Position numbers and translations under genes: made by a program
Virus record (IMG/VR): IMGVR_UViG_3300037067_026753
Strand: one strand, 5' to 3'
DNA from: a virus
DNA: 64,000 nucleotides
The notes under the pieces: generated by a model
What the model saw: the letters and a program-made list of their open reading frames with translations, nothing else
The model's database searches: none
What the model was told of the DNA's origin: nothing
Shown here: in pieces, positions 9,480-19,917 of the stretch
How the letters are laid out: each line of letters begins with the position of its first letter
Position numbering within the stretch: the stretch's first letter is position 1

Positions 9480-10185
9480 TCTTGTTAATTGTTTCTTGTG
9501 AAACTTTATGTCCTAACATCCCTTGCGAAATTTTTAACCTTGTTTCTAAAGACGCTTTTCTACCTGACATTATGGATTTTAATTTATTTTTTTGTTCTTG
9601 CGACATTATTTTACCTTTATTTTTCCCAATCATAGACTTTCGCATTTTTTCTTTTGTCGCATCTGACATAATTCTTTTCTTTCTTGATTTACTTAAATTT
9701 CTTCTATGTTCTTCTGAAAATTTAACTCCTTTTCTTGCTAGACTCATTTTCTTTTTTGTTTCGTCAGAGTGAGGACCTATTTTTTTTCCAGTTTTACTTT
9801 TACTAATTTTTAACTTTGACTCTTGAGAAAGAATTTTACCTGCTGGACCTTCTCCTCCATCTGTGAAATTTAATAAAGGCCCTTTCTTGCAATCTAACCT
9901 GCCAATTTGAGCTATTACTTCTTTTTCTAAGAGAAAAGCTTCATTTTCAAGTAACTCATCTTTAATTTTTAAAATAATAGGCTTGAGACCATTCTTATCA
10001 AGTTTTCTTATTTTATTGTTAAGATAACCGCTTTCAGTTTTAGAAACAGATGAACGTTGTTTGAAACGTTGTCCTTTACCTTTCCCAACATAAAAAGGTT
10101 CATTTGAAAACGAATATTCTCCATATTTGAACTCCCCATTTTTAGAAGGATCAAGATAAATATAAACATAAAAAATTTTATTCAT
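9412..10185 (-). CDS. GIY-YIG homing endonuclease with NUMOD3 repeats (Seg-like)
   Basis: VYIY...YVGKG motif; repeated SKS(K/R)..G..HSEE(T/H)(K/R)..S modules. Confidence 0.8.
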   Translation of the reverse strand: MNKIFYVYIYLDPSKNGEFKYGEYSFSNEPFYVGKGKGQRFKQRSSVSKTESGYLNNKIRKLDKNGLKPIILKIKDELLENEAFLLEKEVIAQIGRLDCKKGPLLNFTDGGEGPAGKILSQESKLKISKSKTGKKIGPHSDETKKKMSLARKGVKFSEEHRRNLSKSRKKRIMSDATKEKMRKSMIGKNKGKIMSQEQKNKLKSIMSGRKASLETRLKISQGMLGHKVSQETINKIVSKRRANHNYGKKKNNNYVAM

Positions 10186-10561
10186 TTAAAATTGCAACTT
10201 CAACAGCTTGTATAAATTTAGGGTCTGGAATTATTTCGAAAGTAGCAGCCACAAGAATTGTTGGATCATAACTATTGCTGCTCGTAATAACAGCAGGTTT
10301 GAACATCTTTATCGGGCCACCGAGCCATGAGAAAACTCTCGTACCGTTATTAGATTTATATGAATCAACTTCTCCGAGGTCGTCTCCTGACAAAGGAACT
10401 TGCTTCAAAAGCTCAAGTGCATCAGGGGAGATGTCGACGAAATCTGCATTGACGACAAAGCCGAGTTGGCCTTTGTCTAAGGGTTTATTGAGAAGACCTT
10501 CTGCATTAACATTAGATTTAATTCCGATCCAACCTTTGTGGGCAAAAATTTGTGTTCTCAT
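10178..10561 (-). CDS. hypothetical protein
   Basis: ORF. Confidence 0.45.
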   Translation of the reverse strand: MRTQIFAHKGWIGIKSNVNAEGLLNKPLDKGQLGFVVNADFVDISPDALELLKQVPLSGDDLGEVDSYKSNNGTRVFSWLGGPIKMFKPAVITSSNSYDPTILVAATFEIIPDPKFIQAVEVAILNE

Positions 10562-10565
10562 TGTT

Positions 10566-11060
10566 TCACCATGAAGGATTGATTGAAGAAGAATAAAAAG
10601 GACCTTCTTCTATATCAAGAAGTTTTTTGATTTCATTTGAACGCTCTCTTTTACCTTTTTCAAAAGCTTCTACTTTCGACTTTTCAAGGAGAGCATATAC
10701 AGTTTCAACATCAAGTTGCTTTAACACACAAAAATCAATGTAATACTTGAGTTCACTTAATGGACATTTGCTTTCAATCATTGAAAGCAATTTTTTACCT
10801 TCAAATGTTTCTTTGTGGATCTTGCAATTTAAGCCGAAAATGCACTCATGAACCCAAAAACTTGTTTTATTTGAATAAATATCTTCATTACCTTCAATAT
10901 CGAAGTCCTTCATAGAACCAGTACCAAACGTACCGCCTTCGATATTGATAATAACTTCGCGTGTAGAAAGTACATTATTCATAAATAGCTTTAAAAAGAA
11001 TAGAGTATTCTTTGGAAGAAAAGTTCGATTGGGCTTCTTTGCGAGTTTTGCCAATACCAA
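10566..11060 (-). CDS. hypothetical protein
   Basis: ORF. Confidence 0.45.
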   Translation of the reverse strand: MVLAKLAKKPNRTFLPKNTLFFLKLFMNNVLSTREVIINIEGGTFGTGSMKDFDIEGNEDIYSNKTSFWVHECIFGLNCKIHKETFEGKKLLSMIESKCPLSELKYYIDFCVLKQLDVETVYALLEKSKVEAFEKGKRERSNEIKKLLDIEEGPFYSSSINPSW

Positions 11061-11153
11061 AGAACCCAGGAGAACTTCTTCTATAGCACTTGAAGTTCTC
11101 TCTTTCTTTTACCGTCACTATTTCGTTTACAGGTTTTTCTGTTATGTCCTTCA

Positions 11154-11468
11154 TTATTCCACCACGAGTTCACAGTTTACGCTAGATATTAACCCATTGA
11201 CATAAACCATAATGTCAAGTTCGCCTTTTTCTGAATGTACTAAAAGTGTTTCGGGCCAATTATGAACAACATATACTCTGGGCCGTTTTTCTTTGATTTC
11301 TTTGAGAACAGCAGCAACTTCAAAGTATTCACAAAATGTCAAACATTCGAGGCAGGCTTCAATGGACTGTTCCAAGAACCATTCTTTTGTTTTCTGTGGT
11401 ACTCCATCATTAATCATAACACGCCTCCCGGTAATGATTATATCTAATGGAGCTAAATAAACTACCAA
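11154..11468 (-). CDS. hypothetical protein
   Basis: ORF. Confidence 0.4.
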   Translation of the reverse strand: MVVYLAPLDIIITGRRVMINDGVPQKTKEWFLEQSIEACLECLTFCEYFEVAAVLKEIKEKRPRVYVVHNWPETLLVHSEKGELDIMVYVNGLISSVNCELVVE

Positions 11469-11750
11469 CTATTTTGCTCGAATATGCGTAGCCTATAGGA
11501 AAGTAGGAATGATATGTTCTATTGACCTTGGTCCTTGGGTGTGCTCGTCGGGACGCGAGCAGGCTTCTTTTGGGTTAAAGCCTGTGCTATAGAATTGAAC
11601 ATGGGAGTGCAACTTAGACAAATAGCTTGTACTATTTTGACAATACCTGAAACGATAATTAAGACAATCAATAAAGCCGATGAGAAAAATGCAAAGAAGA
11701 TAAGAACTTCTTGCCAAGTTGCCCCATCAATTATCATTTTGTTTGCAATG

Positions 11751-12041
11751 TCAAGCAGATTGATGTCCATCAAAAAGTCCTTTTACTATTTCGACAATGT
11801 GATCGGGCATATAAACCTTGCCCTCAAAATTTTTTATGGGATAAGTATTGTTTCTAAATACAAAACCTAAACCGTCAGGGTGCAGGTAAATCCCATTATA
11901 GTCGTCAAACTTGACACATACGGAGTTGTTTTCAAAAACCAAGTGTTTCTTTTCAAGCAAATGTTGTTCTACACGCGCCCAAATTTTTTTGGTTACCCAC
12001 ACTTGCATTGATACTCCCATAAAAAAGAAGATGACGCACAC
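11751..12041 (-). CDS. hypothetical protein
   Basis: ORF. Confidence 0.35.
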   Translation of the reverse strand: MCVIFFFMGVSMQVWVTKKIWARVEQHLLEKKHLVFENNSVCVKFDDYNGIYLHPDGLGFVFRNNTYPIKNFEGKVYMPDHIVEIVKGLFDGHQSA

Positions 12042-12118
12042 ATGCCGGACGCTTCGGGGCCTACCCTAACGTAAGGACTTTTTAAGGCCGTCCATTTTAC
12101 GGTAATTGTGCGCCATCT

Positions 12119-13117
12119 TCATACCATGAGTTTTCTGCGTTTATTAGGCCGTTTGAAAAAGAATTGTCCCGTTAAACTATCAAAAAACCATCCTTGATCA
12201 TCAGTGTTATGTGTGAGTTGTAGATTCATATAATTTGTGTCGGCATCGAGGTTATCTGCAAATGCAACTATTTTTGCTTCTAACGTCATAGGAACTATAA
12301 CAGCAGACTGTTCTCTTTTGCCATGGTGGCTTAAAATTATATGCCCTACATCTTCGACAAGAGACTGATCTGTCTCTCCAACAATTGATCTAAATTTAAA
12401 ATAACTAAGTACAGTATGTTCGTGCAATCTTCCTATATCTGTCATTGTTGTCTTGAGTTGCGTGTAATTATAAGCATCTATTTTCCCGACATCATGAAAT
12501 AGAGCACCAATCAAGATCTTATTCAAGTCTATACCCTGATCTAAAGAAGATAGAATATAGAGTTGTTTTGCGAAATTGATGACAGAAAGCGTATGTTCAA
12601 GTAGCCCATGTTGATAAGCATGATGAACTGTACCCTTACCACCTGGCCATAATTTGAATTTGTCTAAAATATTTGATGACTCAAATTTTTCCCATGCTAG
12701 TTTGTAGGGGGCCAAAGATAAATTAGCTTCCATGATTCCTTTTATTTCTGTCCACATTTCTTCAGGATCTTTTGAAGCTATTTTCATTAAATCTTTCAAG
12801 TTGTAACTGTCAGCTTTTTTGATTTTTTCTACAACAACTTGCATTTTTTCGTTGTAGATGTTTGTTCTACCTTTGATTGTCACAACTTGTATGTCTTTGA
12901 GTTGTTCTGCTATACTTTCAGCATTATCCCAAAGTTTTGCCCAGACAATCCCTGTTTTGTCTGACAAACTGAAAGTAAGGAAATGGCCGTCTCGTTCGTT
13001 GAAAGGTTTGAGCTTTATGTCTGATAAAGCAAATGTCCCTTCGACAAGAACATTATTTTGCAGTTTTAAAATTTCAGTAACGTTCATTTTTTTAATCCTA
13101 ATCTTATTTGAATACAT
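12119..13117 (-). CDS. YhaM-like 3'-5' exonuclease (OB-fold + HD domain)
   Basis: N-terminal OB-like region; HHAYQHGLLEHTL and FHDVGK HD motifs. Confidence 0.7.
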   Translation of the reverse strand: MYSNKIRIKKMNVTEILKLQNNVLVEGTFALSDIKLKPFNERDGHFLTFSLSDKTGIVWAKLWDNAESIAEQLKDIQVVTIKGRTNIYNEKMQVVVEKIKKADSYNLKDLMKIASKDPEEMWTEIKGIMEANLSLAPYKLAWEKFESSNILDKFKLWPGGKGTVHHAYQHGLLEHTLSVINFAKQLYILSSLDQGIDLNKILIGALFHDVGKIDAYNYTQLKTTMTDIGRLHEHTVLSYFKFRSIVGETDQSLVEDVGHIILSHHGKREQSAVIVPMTLEAKIVAFADNLDADTNYMNLQLTHNTDDQGWFFDSLTGQFFFKRPNKRRKLMV

Positions 13118-13183
13118 TTTCGATAATAAAAGTTAATGCTATTAGCACTATAGCGCTAATAATCCACTCTTTTAAAGACAACA

Positions 13184-13759
13184 TCAATCTTCTTTCTTCA
13201 AAAGACTTGCAAGGGCATCTTCAACTTGAGCTAAATTATGCCCTGTGTACCTTATCACCTGTTCATGTTTAAAATTTTCATTTGTCTTACTTGCGGGCAT
13301 AATGACTAAACCACGTGGTCTCCATTCGAGCCACCGCAATATATAATCAGGCCAGTCGTCGACTAAGACTTTACCATAGACTAAGTCTTTGTCGCGAGTA
13401 ATAGTAATGTCTGTATTTGTACCAAGGTTGCCGTCAATCCAGATTTTTTTGCCTGACCAAGCATTTGGGTTTCTCTTGGGTCCTGCTGTAAGGATCATTC
13501 TTCTAAAACCAAGATCATTGGTAAGTTCCCAGATATCAAACCCTAGTTGAAATTTGGGAAGTGTCGCCCACCATTCAACGGAACTACGTATTAGATCGAC
13601 TCTTTTTCTCAAATACAAAGGAGCGTCATCGTCAGGAACACGATCTATATATTGCTCTTGTGGACTGTTCAGATCATTCAAATCGGCAATCAATCTGCTC
13701 TCGTAGTCGCATAAAGTGCCGTCCATGTCAAAGAGGGCAATTCTTTCTTGTTCTTTCAT
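13184..13759 (-). CDS. HAD-family 5'(3')-deoxyribonucleotidase-like
   Basis: FDMDGTLCDY DxDGT motif. Confidence 0.7.
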   Translation of the reverse strand: MKEQERIALFDMDGTLCDYESRLIADLNDLNSPQEQYIDRVPDDDAPLYLRKRVDLIRSSVEWWATLPKFQLGFDIWELTNDLGFRRMILTAGPKRNPNAWSGKKIWIDGNLGTNTDITITRDKDLVYGKVLVDDWPDYILRWLEWRPRGLVIMPASKTNENFKHEQVIRYTGHNLAQVEDALASLLKKED

Positions 13760-14010
13760 CTTGGCTTCCTTGGCGTAAACACACTTAATGACGGTGGTTT
13801 TCTGAAAACAATTTTTTTATTTGGGTCTTGAGAAGCTTCAAACATGATATCAAGCGAATTATAATATTTCGCTTTAAGTTTTTGTAACGTAAAAGAATCT
13901 AATCGAGCAAGGGCACTGTGAAGATCGTTTAGAGCTGCAACAATTGGAGGAATTCTTGTTTCGGTAAGTCCGACATCAGAAAGCTGTTGATAGAAATCTT
14001 TTGTTTTCAT
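13756..14010 (-). CDS. small hypothetical protein
   Basis: ORF, 4-nt overlap coupling. Confidence 0.4.
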   Translation of the reverse strand: MKTKDFYQQLSDVGLTETRIPPIVAALNDLHSALARLDSFTLQKLKAKYYNSLDIMFEASQDPNKKIVFRKPPSLSVFTPRKPR

Positions 14011-14047
14011 ACTAGATTTCTATTTAAAAACTTGTTTGTTTGAAAAT

Positions 14048-14317
14048 TTATTTTTGGGTATTAGAAAACCAGATATGATCGAATTCAACTTGAGGTATTG
14101 CGACTGACTTCATGCATGCCGAGCACATACCAAAAGTTTTATCACATTCTGCTAAGTCAACTTCATCACAAGCAACACATTTGCCAGCTTCTAAATTCTT
14201 CCTGTAGTCCGCAAAGAAAGGTGAAGTAGATTTCTTTAAGTATTCTATTCCTTGCATAGTGCTTATGTTACTAATTGAAATTCTTTCCAGAAATCTGTTC
14301 CATTTACATTGCATCAA
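14048..14317 (-). CDS. small Cys-rich protein
   Basis: CVACDE...CDKTFGMCSAC. Confidence 0.4.
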   Translation of the reverse strand: MMQCKWNRFLERISISNISTMQGIEYLKKSTSPFFADYRKNLEAGKCVACDEVDLAECDKTFGMCSACMKSVAIPQVEFDHIWFSNTQK

Positions 14318-14502
14318 ACCTCTTTTATTTTGTAAATTTGATACTGATCGTCTTTGGCCCTGTTTATTTCATCCCTGATTATGTTTCCAGCTCTGCGCAT
14401 TATTTCTGAATCTGTGGTATTAGAATTACAACGTATTTTAATGTGTATTTTTGCATTCCCCTCAAAATTTTCACTAAGAGTAAGAGATACAATTTTAATC
14501 AT
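14314..14502 (-). CDS. small hypothetical protein
   Basis: ORF. Confidence 0.3.
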   Translation of the reverse strand: MIKIVSLTLSENFEGNAKIHIKIRCNSNTTDSEIMRRAGNIIRDEINRAKDDQYQIYKIKEV

Positions 14503-14511
14503 AATTACTCC

Positions 14512-14880
14512 TTATATAAGTTCTGCGATTTGTCCCTGTTTTGGGAATATGACTGTAATACCACAGTCATGGCCCTGAAAAAATGCGCGTGTTATGCAAG
14601 CAGCTCCGTTTGGGATTTGAACTTCTTCATTTTCAGGTCGTTTCCAGGGAGCAAAATCTGGGACATTAAATATTTTTCCATTATCTAAACGGACAAATTT
14701 GTAGTAAGTTTTAGTTCCACCTTCCCAATTTGCATTCCATCCCGTGTCAACAGATTCTTTGTAGTCAAGATAGATTTTCCTACCCTTATAATCAGGATAG
14801 ACAAATCTAGCTATCTTGACAATTTCTGGGTGAGTTTTTTTCGTGACTTTCATAGGTATCTTATTCAAAGAAAAAAACAC
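14512..14880 (-). CDS. hypothetical protein
   Basis: ORF. Confidence 0.45.
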   Translation of the reverse strand: MFFSLNKIPMKVTKKTHPEIVKIARFVYPDYKGRKIYLDYKESVDTGWNANWEGGTKTYYKFVRLDNGKIFNVPDFAPWKRPENEEVQIPNGAACITRAFFQGHDCGITVIFPKQGQIAELI

Positions 14881-15337
14881 CTTGTTTATGAACCCAACGA
14901 TTCTTGGGTATAGCTTCAGTTCTACAAGAATAATTGAATTCTTTCAAAAGTTTTTCTCGATCCATTTCGATTGAATGATACCAGGGAGAAAAAATGCTCG
15001 AAATTCGATCTTTGTTTGCATCGATCACAGCTTGCACACCATCCTCACGCCAACATGAATCATGATGAGCAGCAAGCATCCAACATGTAGAACCTTTTGT
15101 ATAGAGTGTTTTACTATGTTTTAGACAAACGTGCCAGTCTTCTTTGACATAGACTGACACATAATTCTGGTGTCCATATAACAGAAGATTAAGATGTCTA
15201 AATCCTTCTTCTTTGGGATCCAAAGCAATATTAAAAACTACAACCATTGCTTGAGAAGGCGCTCTATACGCCTGTCCCCTGCCAAAGACTGTTTCAAATG
15301 TCTCGCAAATGATTTCACTTAGAATATTGTTTGACAT
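14861..15337 (-). CDS. hypothetical protein
   Basis: ORF. Confidence 0.45.
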   Translation of the reverse strand: MSNNILSEIICETFETVFGRGQAYRAPSQAMVVVFNIALDPKEEGFRHLNLLLYGHQNYVSVYVKEDWHVCLKHSKTLYTKGSTCWMLAAHHDSCWREDGVQAVIDANKDRISSIFSPWYHSIEMDREKLLKEFNYSCRTEAIPKNRWVHKQGVFFFE

Positions 15338-15343
15338 AGTACC

Positions 15344-15886
15344 TCAGTCATTTCTTATAGTGACTAGTTCATTACGCCCTATTGGATTTATACCTTTGCT
15401 CAGCAATTCTGCTGCGGCTTTGACAGCAAAACAATTGTCGCTTGAATGAATAGTTTTATAAAAAGTTAGAAGCTGTTCGGGAGCAACGACATGCCATCCG
15501 AAAATACTAGTTATTTGAAGATCTTTTCTAACAAAAAAGTCAATGATTAATTTTTTACCAGTTTGCATTGGTTTTTCATAACGTCGGAAATCGTCGTTGT
15601 CTTTAAGTCTGTCGAATCTTGTTGATACTCTTTCAAACCCTAGGGAATTTAAAATTGTTAGAACATATTGGATGTTATGTGGTAGAACAAAAATGTCGAC
15701 GTCTTTATGATCATGAGCATGTTTTAATTCGACATGATTGAGAGGAGACATGAAATGCCATGCCCAGCCACCTGAAAATACAACCAGTTCTTTTAGATAG
15801 ACCAGCTCTTTCAAATTGGCGATGAGAGTCGGGTCCCATACTTCACCGTATCGTTTTTTATCGTGTGGATCTGCCATAATGCCCAT
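15344..15886 (-). CDS. hypothetical protein (possible nucleotidyltransferase fold)
   Basis: SGGWAWHF...KDVDIFV GS/DxD-like. Confidence 0.4.
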   Translation of the reverse strand: MGIMADPHDKKRYGEVWDPTLIANLKELVYLKELVVFSGGWAWHFMSPLNHVELKHAHDHKDVDIFVLPHNIQYVLTILNSLGFERVSTRFDRLKDNDDFRRYEKPMQTGKKLIIDFFVRKDLQITSIFGWHVVAPEQLLTFYKTIHSSDNCFAVKAAAELLSKGINPIGRNELVTIRND

Positions 15887-15915
15887 ATATCATTAATTTA
15901 GAACTAAGATGCCAA

Positions 15916-16344
15916 CTATTTATAAGCTGCTGCTTTTTGTTCATTCCATAATTGGAACAATGGATCTACAGGTTTTCTTGGTATCCAACAAGATTCCCAT
16001 TCTTCTTTAACAGTTTCGAGATACATATCAGTGTAATTGATGATAATTATAACATCATAAATATCGCCTACAATGACATTAAAATTTACTCTTAATTTGG
16101 CTCTGAATAAAGCACCAAAACCTGAGGGTCTGCCTTGTAAACTACAAGCATATTTGTCAGCTCTTTCTTGACATTCTGGGCTCCTACAACAGCCTGTAAC
16201 GTCTAAAAACTCGATATCGCTCGGGACTCTATCTCCAATTTTATATCTTTTGCACTGTTTCTCAAGTGCACTAAATTGAAATTCCATCATACTTTTTTGT
16301 CCGCAATATGGGCAATTAAATACAAGATAGATGTGATCGAACAT
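15916..16344 (-). CDS. hypothetical protein with N-terminal zinc ribbon
   Basis: CPYCGQ... Confidence 0.45.
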   Translation of the reverse strand: MFDHIYLVFNCPYCGQKSMMEFQFSALEKQCKRYKIGDRVPSDIEFLDVTGCCRSPECQERADKYACSLQGRPSGFGALFRAKLRVNFNVIVGDIYDVIIIINYTDMYLETVKEEWESCWIPRKPVDPLFQLWNEQKAAAYK

Positions 16345-16416
16345 AATACCTCTGTCTGTTTAGTTTTCTACGGTTTTTATATAACATTAAATCTAAACTT
16401 AAAAAAGGATTTGACA

Positions 16417-17697
16417 ATGCAACCTAGTTTTAGAAAATATTTCATGAAAAAAGCAAGTGAAACTCCTGATCCAAATGCAATTTGTTCTAAAGTTGATCCA
16501 GAGACTTGGAGCATATTTTCAGATATCTACAAAGATGAAAATGGTTTTAGACCGAGAATGCCTTTGACATGCAAAGAAGTCAATGAATGGCTCGACAAAA
16601 GAAGAAAACAAGCTGACAAAAAAGACAATTGGAAAGTCCCTTTTGCAGAATTACTTGATGGTACAAAGATCTTTATTGTTGATGGTGATTTTATAAGAGA
16701 CAATATCTATGTCGATTTTGTTCTTGGTGGTCATGGATATGTATATGATTTCGTCCCGAAAGATGAAATTTGGGTAGAACAGGTACAGGACCATAAAGAC
16801 GAACAATATAATCTTACTCACGAAATTATTGAGTATTTGCTCATGAAATTATGCGATAAAGATTACGACAGTGCCCATGAGTTCACTGCTCATGTAGAAG
16901 ATATCTTGAGGCGATATGACAACCAAAAAACTGTTTCGAAAGCTACAAAGTTTTTTCACATGCCTCAAGTTAGACAAAATACTGATAATACGTGTGGTGC
17001 TGCTTGTGCAAGTTCTATCATGGCTTATTACGGCAATGACATTGTTGAGTCTGATATTTCTAAAGCCATGAATACTACAGATGAGGGTGTTGATCCTGAT
17101 GCCATAATTGAGTATTTCAACAATAACAAACTGACTGCAACAAAAGAAGAACTTACACCAGAAACATTGAAGTCTCATATAGATGAGGATGTTCCTGTCA
17201 TTGTCGAACTGCAAGCATGGGGAGACAAAAATGATTACTCTAAAGATTATAAGAACGGGCATTATGTCGTGGCTATCGGATATGATGATAATGGATTCTT
17301 TTTCATGGATCCTTCTCAGTTTGGGTATACTTACCTTGAAACTGACGACTTGAACTCACGTTGGCATGACGAAAACAATGGCGAAAAAGATCAGAACCTT
17401 GGAATCATTGTCAAGGGAGAAAAACCAGACTTTACAATTGAAGACGCTAAAGTTATGGGAAGTAAAAGACCCAGTTCGTTAGAAGCTCAAATCAAAGAAC
17501 TAGATATTAAAAGAATCGTTCGCCGTGGTAATACAGCAATAACAATTTATTTCAAAACAAAACCGACAATAAATGTTTTAAAAAACTTAAGAGCTCCATA
17601 TGAAGTTTCTAAATCATATCCTGTCGATTGTTCCTATTTAAGTTTGCAATTCGAAACAGACGGTCAAGCTGAAGATTTTTTCAATAAAATAAAATGA
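16417..17697 (+). CDS. peptidase C39-like (papain-fold) domain protein
   Basis: NTCGAACASSIMAYYG and HYVVAIGYDDNGFFFMDPS; start moved to ATG 16417 with AAGGA SD. Confidence 0.65.
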   Translation: MQPSFRKYFMKKASETPDPNAICSKVDPETWSIFSDIYKDENGFRPRMPLTCKEVNEWLDKRRKQADKKDNWKVPFAELLDGTKIFIVDGDFIRDNIYVDFVLGGHGYVYDFVPKDEIWVEQVQDHKDEQYNLTHEIIEYLLMKLCDKDYDSAHEFTAHVEDILRRYDNQKTVSKATKFFHMPQVRQNTDNTCGAACASSIMAYYGNDIVESDISKAMNTTDEGVDPDAIIEYFNNNKLTATKEELTPETLKSHIDEDVPVIVELQAWGDKNDYSKDYKNGHYVVAIGYDDNGFFFMDPSQFGYTYLETDDLNSRWHDENNGEKDQNLGIIVKGEKPDFTIEDAKVMGSKRPSSLEAQIKELDIKRIVRRGNTAITIYFKTKPTINVLKNLRAPYEVSKSYPVDCSYLSLQFETDGQAEDFFNKIK

Positions 17698-18695
17698 CAA
17701 AAATACAAATTATCCCATGGGCAAATGGCATGGGCGATTTACTTCGTCTTGAGCCAATGATAAGGGGTCTCAAAGAACGATACCCTGATAGCCATATAAG
17801 CATTTTTTGCAATAAAAACTCCGAAATTCTTTCAAGGAATCCTTTTATAAATCAAGTCTTTTCTATCTGGTGTAGTCGTTGCGATTACATAGTCAATTGC
17901 AACTGGGGAATGGATGAACTTTTGCAAAAAATATTGGGAGAAGACAAAGGAAAATATAAAGAATTGCTCGGTTTCCATTCACGTAATACAGGCACAAATC
18001 AGCAAGCAATAAACGAGTTTCTAAAACTCCAAGAATGGGAATTAGGGTTTGATGCTATCTATGAAAGAAGAAAGCATTACAACACAAATCTCGCTTCTTG
18101 GTTTTGTAAGTTCACTGATATCTATCCTTCAGATCCAAAAACAAGATTTTATTTCAAAGAAGAAGATGAACAATTTGCAACAGACTATATTGCTAAATTA
18201 GATAAGCCCTTGGTTGTAGTTCATCCAACGTCAGAAGGAAAAATAGGGCTCCATGTTACTTATACCGACTACAAAATTTCAAAACTTTTAGAGCAAGGAA
18301 ATAAAGACTGGCAAGCCGACAAATTTATTGCTCTTATAGATATGATCAAAGAAAAATTTCACGTCATAATAATAGGAAGTCAAAAAGATAAAGAAATTTT
18401 ACAATATATTTCGAGTTCTACTGGTTGTGATATTGGCTTGAATTCTCTATTTCAAAATCTTGCTTTAGTAAAACATGCAAAGTGTTTTATAGGAGTGGAC
18501 TCATGTCCAGCTCATGTAGCATTGACATGCGATACGCCATCGCTTTTGATTATGTGTGAAATATTGTACCATGTATGTTACCCTATAGATCCTAAAGTCA
18601 AACATCAGTATATCTGCGAACCAGAAACTGTGAAACGAATAAGTATTGATACGGTTTACAAAGCATTTTTAAAATTAATTACTGAAAATAAATGA
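17694..18695 (+). CDS. glycosyltransferase family 9 (heptosyltransferase-like)
   Basis: GVDSCPAHVALTCDTPSLLI GT9 C-terminal motif. Confidence 0.6.
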   Translation: MTKIQIIPWANGMGDLLRLEPMIRGLKERYPDSHISIFCNKNSEILSRNPFINQVFSIWCSRCDYIVNCNWGMDELLQKILGEDKGKYKELLGFHSRNTGTNQQAINEFLKLQEWELGFDAIYERRKHYNTNLASWFCKFTDIYPSDPKTRFYFKEEDEQFATDYIAKLDKPLVVVHPTSEGKIGLHVTYTDYKISKLLEQGNKDWQADKFIALIDMIKEKFHVIIIGSQKDKEILQYISSSTGCDIGLNSLFQNLALVKHAKCFIGVDSCPAHVALTCDTPSLLIMCEILYHVCYPIDPKVKHQYICEPETVKRISIDTVYKAFLKLITENK

Positions 18696-18702
18696 GGACA
18701 TT

Positions 18703-18975
18703 ATGAGAGTTTATTACAATGGTAATGGTAGCACGGGTGGAACGCTTCCAACAGATCTTACGAATTATGTTTTGCAAGATACTGCTGAACTGCTTGATGT
18801 TGGTACTTTAGTAAAAGAAAATGCAACATTTTATGGCTGGGCACCAGAAAATAATTATGAATTCTATCAATCTGGAGATTTCTACAGGATTTTAGTCGAA
18901 CAAGACGTGACATTTTATGCTATTTGGGAAAACGATCCAACAATAGGCGGATTTTTGGGAAGAGAAGAAACTTAA
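18703..18975 (+). CDS. small hypothetical protein
   Basis: ORF. Confidence 0.4.
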   Translation: MRVYYNGNGSTGGTLPTDLTNYVLQDTAELLDVGTLVKENATFYGWAPENNYEFYQSGDFYRILVEQDVTFYAIWENDPTIGGFLGREET

Positions 18976-19917
18976 ATGAAACCAAGTTTTTTTAGACAGA
19001 CACAGTATAGAGAACCAGATAAAATCGAATTGAAAGAAATTCATGGTTACAATTTGTCTGCTATCCAATTGATGCAGGGGTTGGGTTATGCGATTATTGG
19101 GAGAGGAATTAGAAGAGAAATCGAACAACAAAGAATAACCAATGCATTAAAAAATTTGATCGCTATAGATCCAAATAATTCGCAATATAAACTTGCTCTA
19201 CAAGAAGAAGAAAATAAAAGAGATTTCAAAATAACACATTTAATTGGTATGCTGCCAGACAACTACCAATACAAACACTTCGGATGTGATATTTATGTCT
19301 TTTTTCCAAAAACATTGTCACGTACTAGAGTTCTTATTGTTGGGGGCATACATGGAGATGAACCTGCAGGGCCTTTAGGGTTAATGGAGTTTCTAAGACA
19401 ACGAAACTCTAAAGAAATATTAGATAGATTGAGCGTTTCCTTTTTGCCAGTAATGAATGTTTACGGGTATATTCATAACACAAGAGACAATGAAGGAAAT
19501 AAAGATATAAACAGAAATTATGACAATGGTTCGCCTTCAAAAGAAGCACAAGCTATTAAAAACAACAAAGATTTTATTTTCAATTTAGCTTCAAAAGGTT
19601 TTTTGACTTTACATGAAGATATCACGAAAGACAAGTTTTATTTATACACATGCGGCAAAAATCGAAAACTATTTGATTCATTACGTGCTGTGGGCAAAAA
19701 AGCTTTTGGGCTTGCTACCGGTGAAGCAAATGACAAGTATCCGATAGATAACGGATTTGTCAAAGATGTTCTTGATGATGGGTCTTTTGAAAGTTTTCTT
19801 GGGAACAATGGAATTATAGGTGTTACAACAGAAACGCCTACGATAGAGAAAATTGACAAACGGATTGAAACAAATAGATTATTGGTTAATGCTTTTCTCA
19901 GGCATTTTGTTTTATAA
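18976..19917 (+). CDS. M14 zinc carboxypeptidase / AstE-AspA-like
   Basis: VLIVGGIHGDEPAGP. Confidence 0.6.
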   Translation: MKPSFFRQTQYREPDKIELKEIHGYNLSAIQLMQGLGYAIIGRGIRREIEQQRITNALKNLIAIDPNNSQYKLALQEEENKRDFKITHLIGMLPDNYQYKHFGCDIYVFFPKTLSRTRVLIVGGIHGDEPAGPLGLMEFLRQRNSKEILDRLSVSFLPVMNVYGYIHNTRDNEGNKDINRNYDNGSPSKEAQAIKNNKDFIFNLASKGFLTLHEDITKDKFYLYTCGKNRKLFDSLRAVGKKAFGLATGEANDKYPIDNGFVKDVLDDGSFESFLGNNGIIGVTTETPTIEKIDKRIETNRLLVNAFLRHFVL

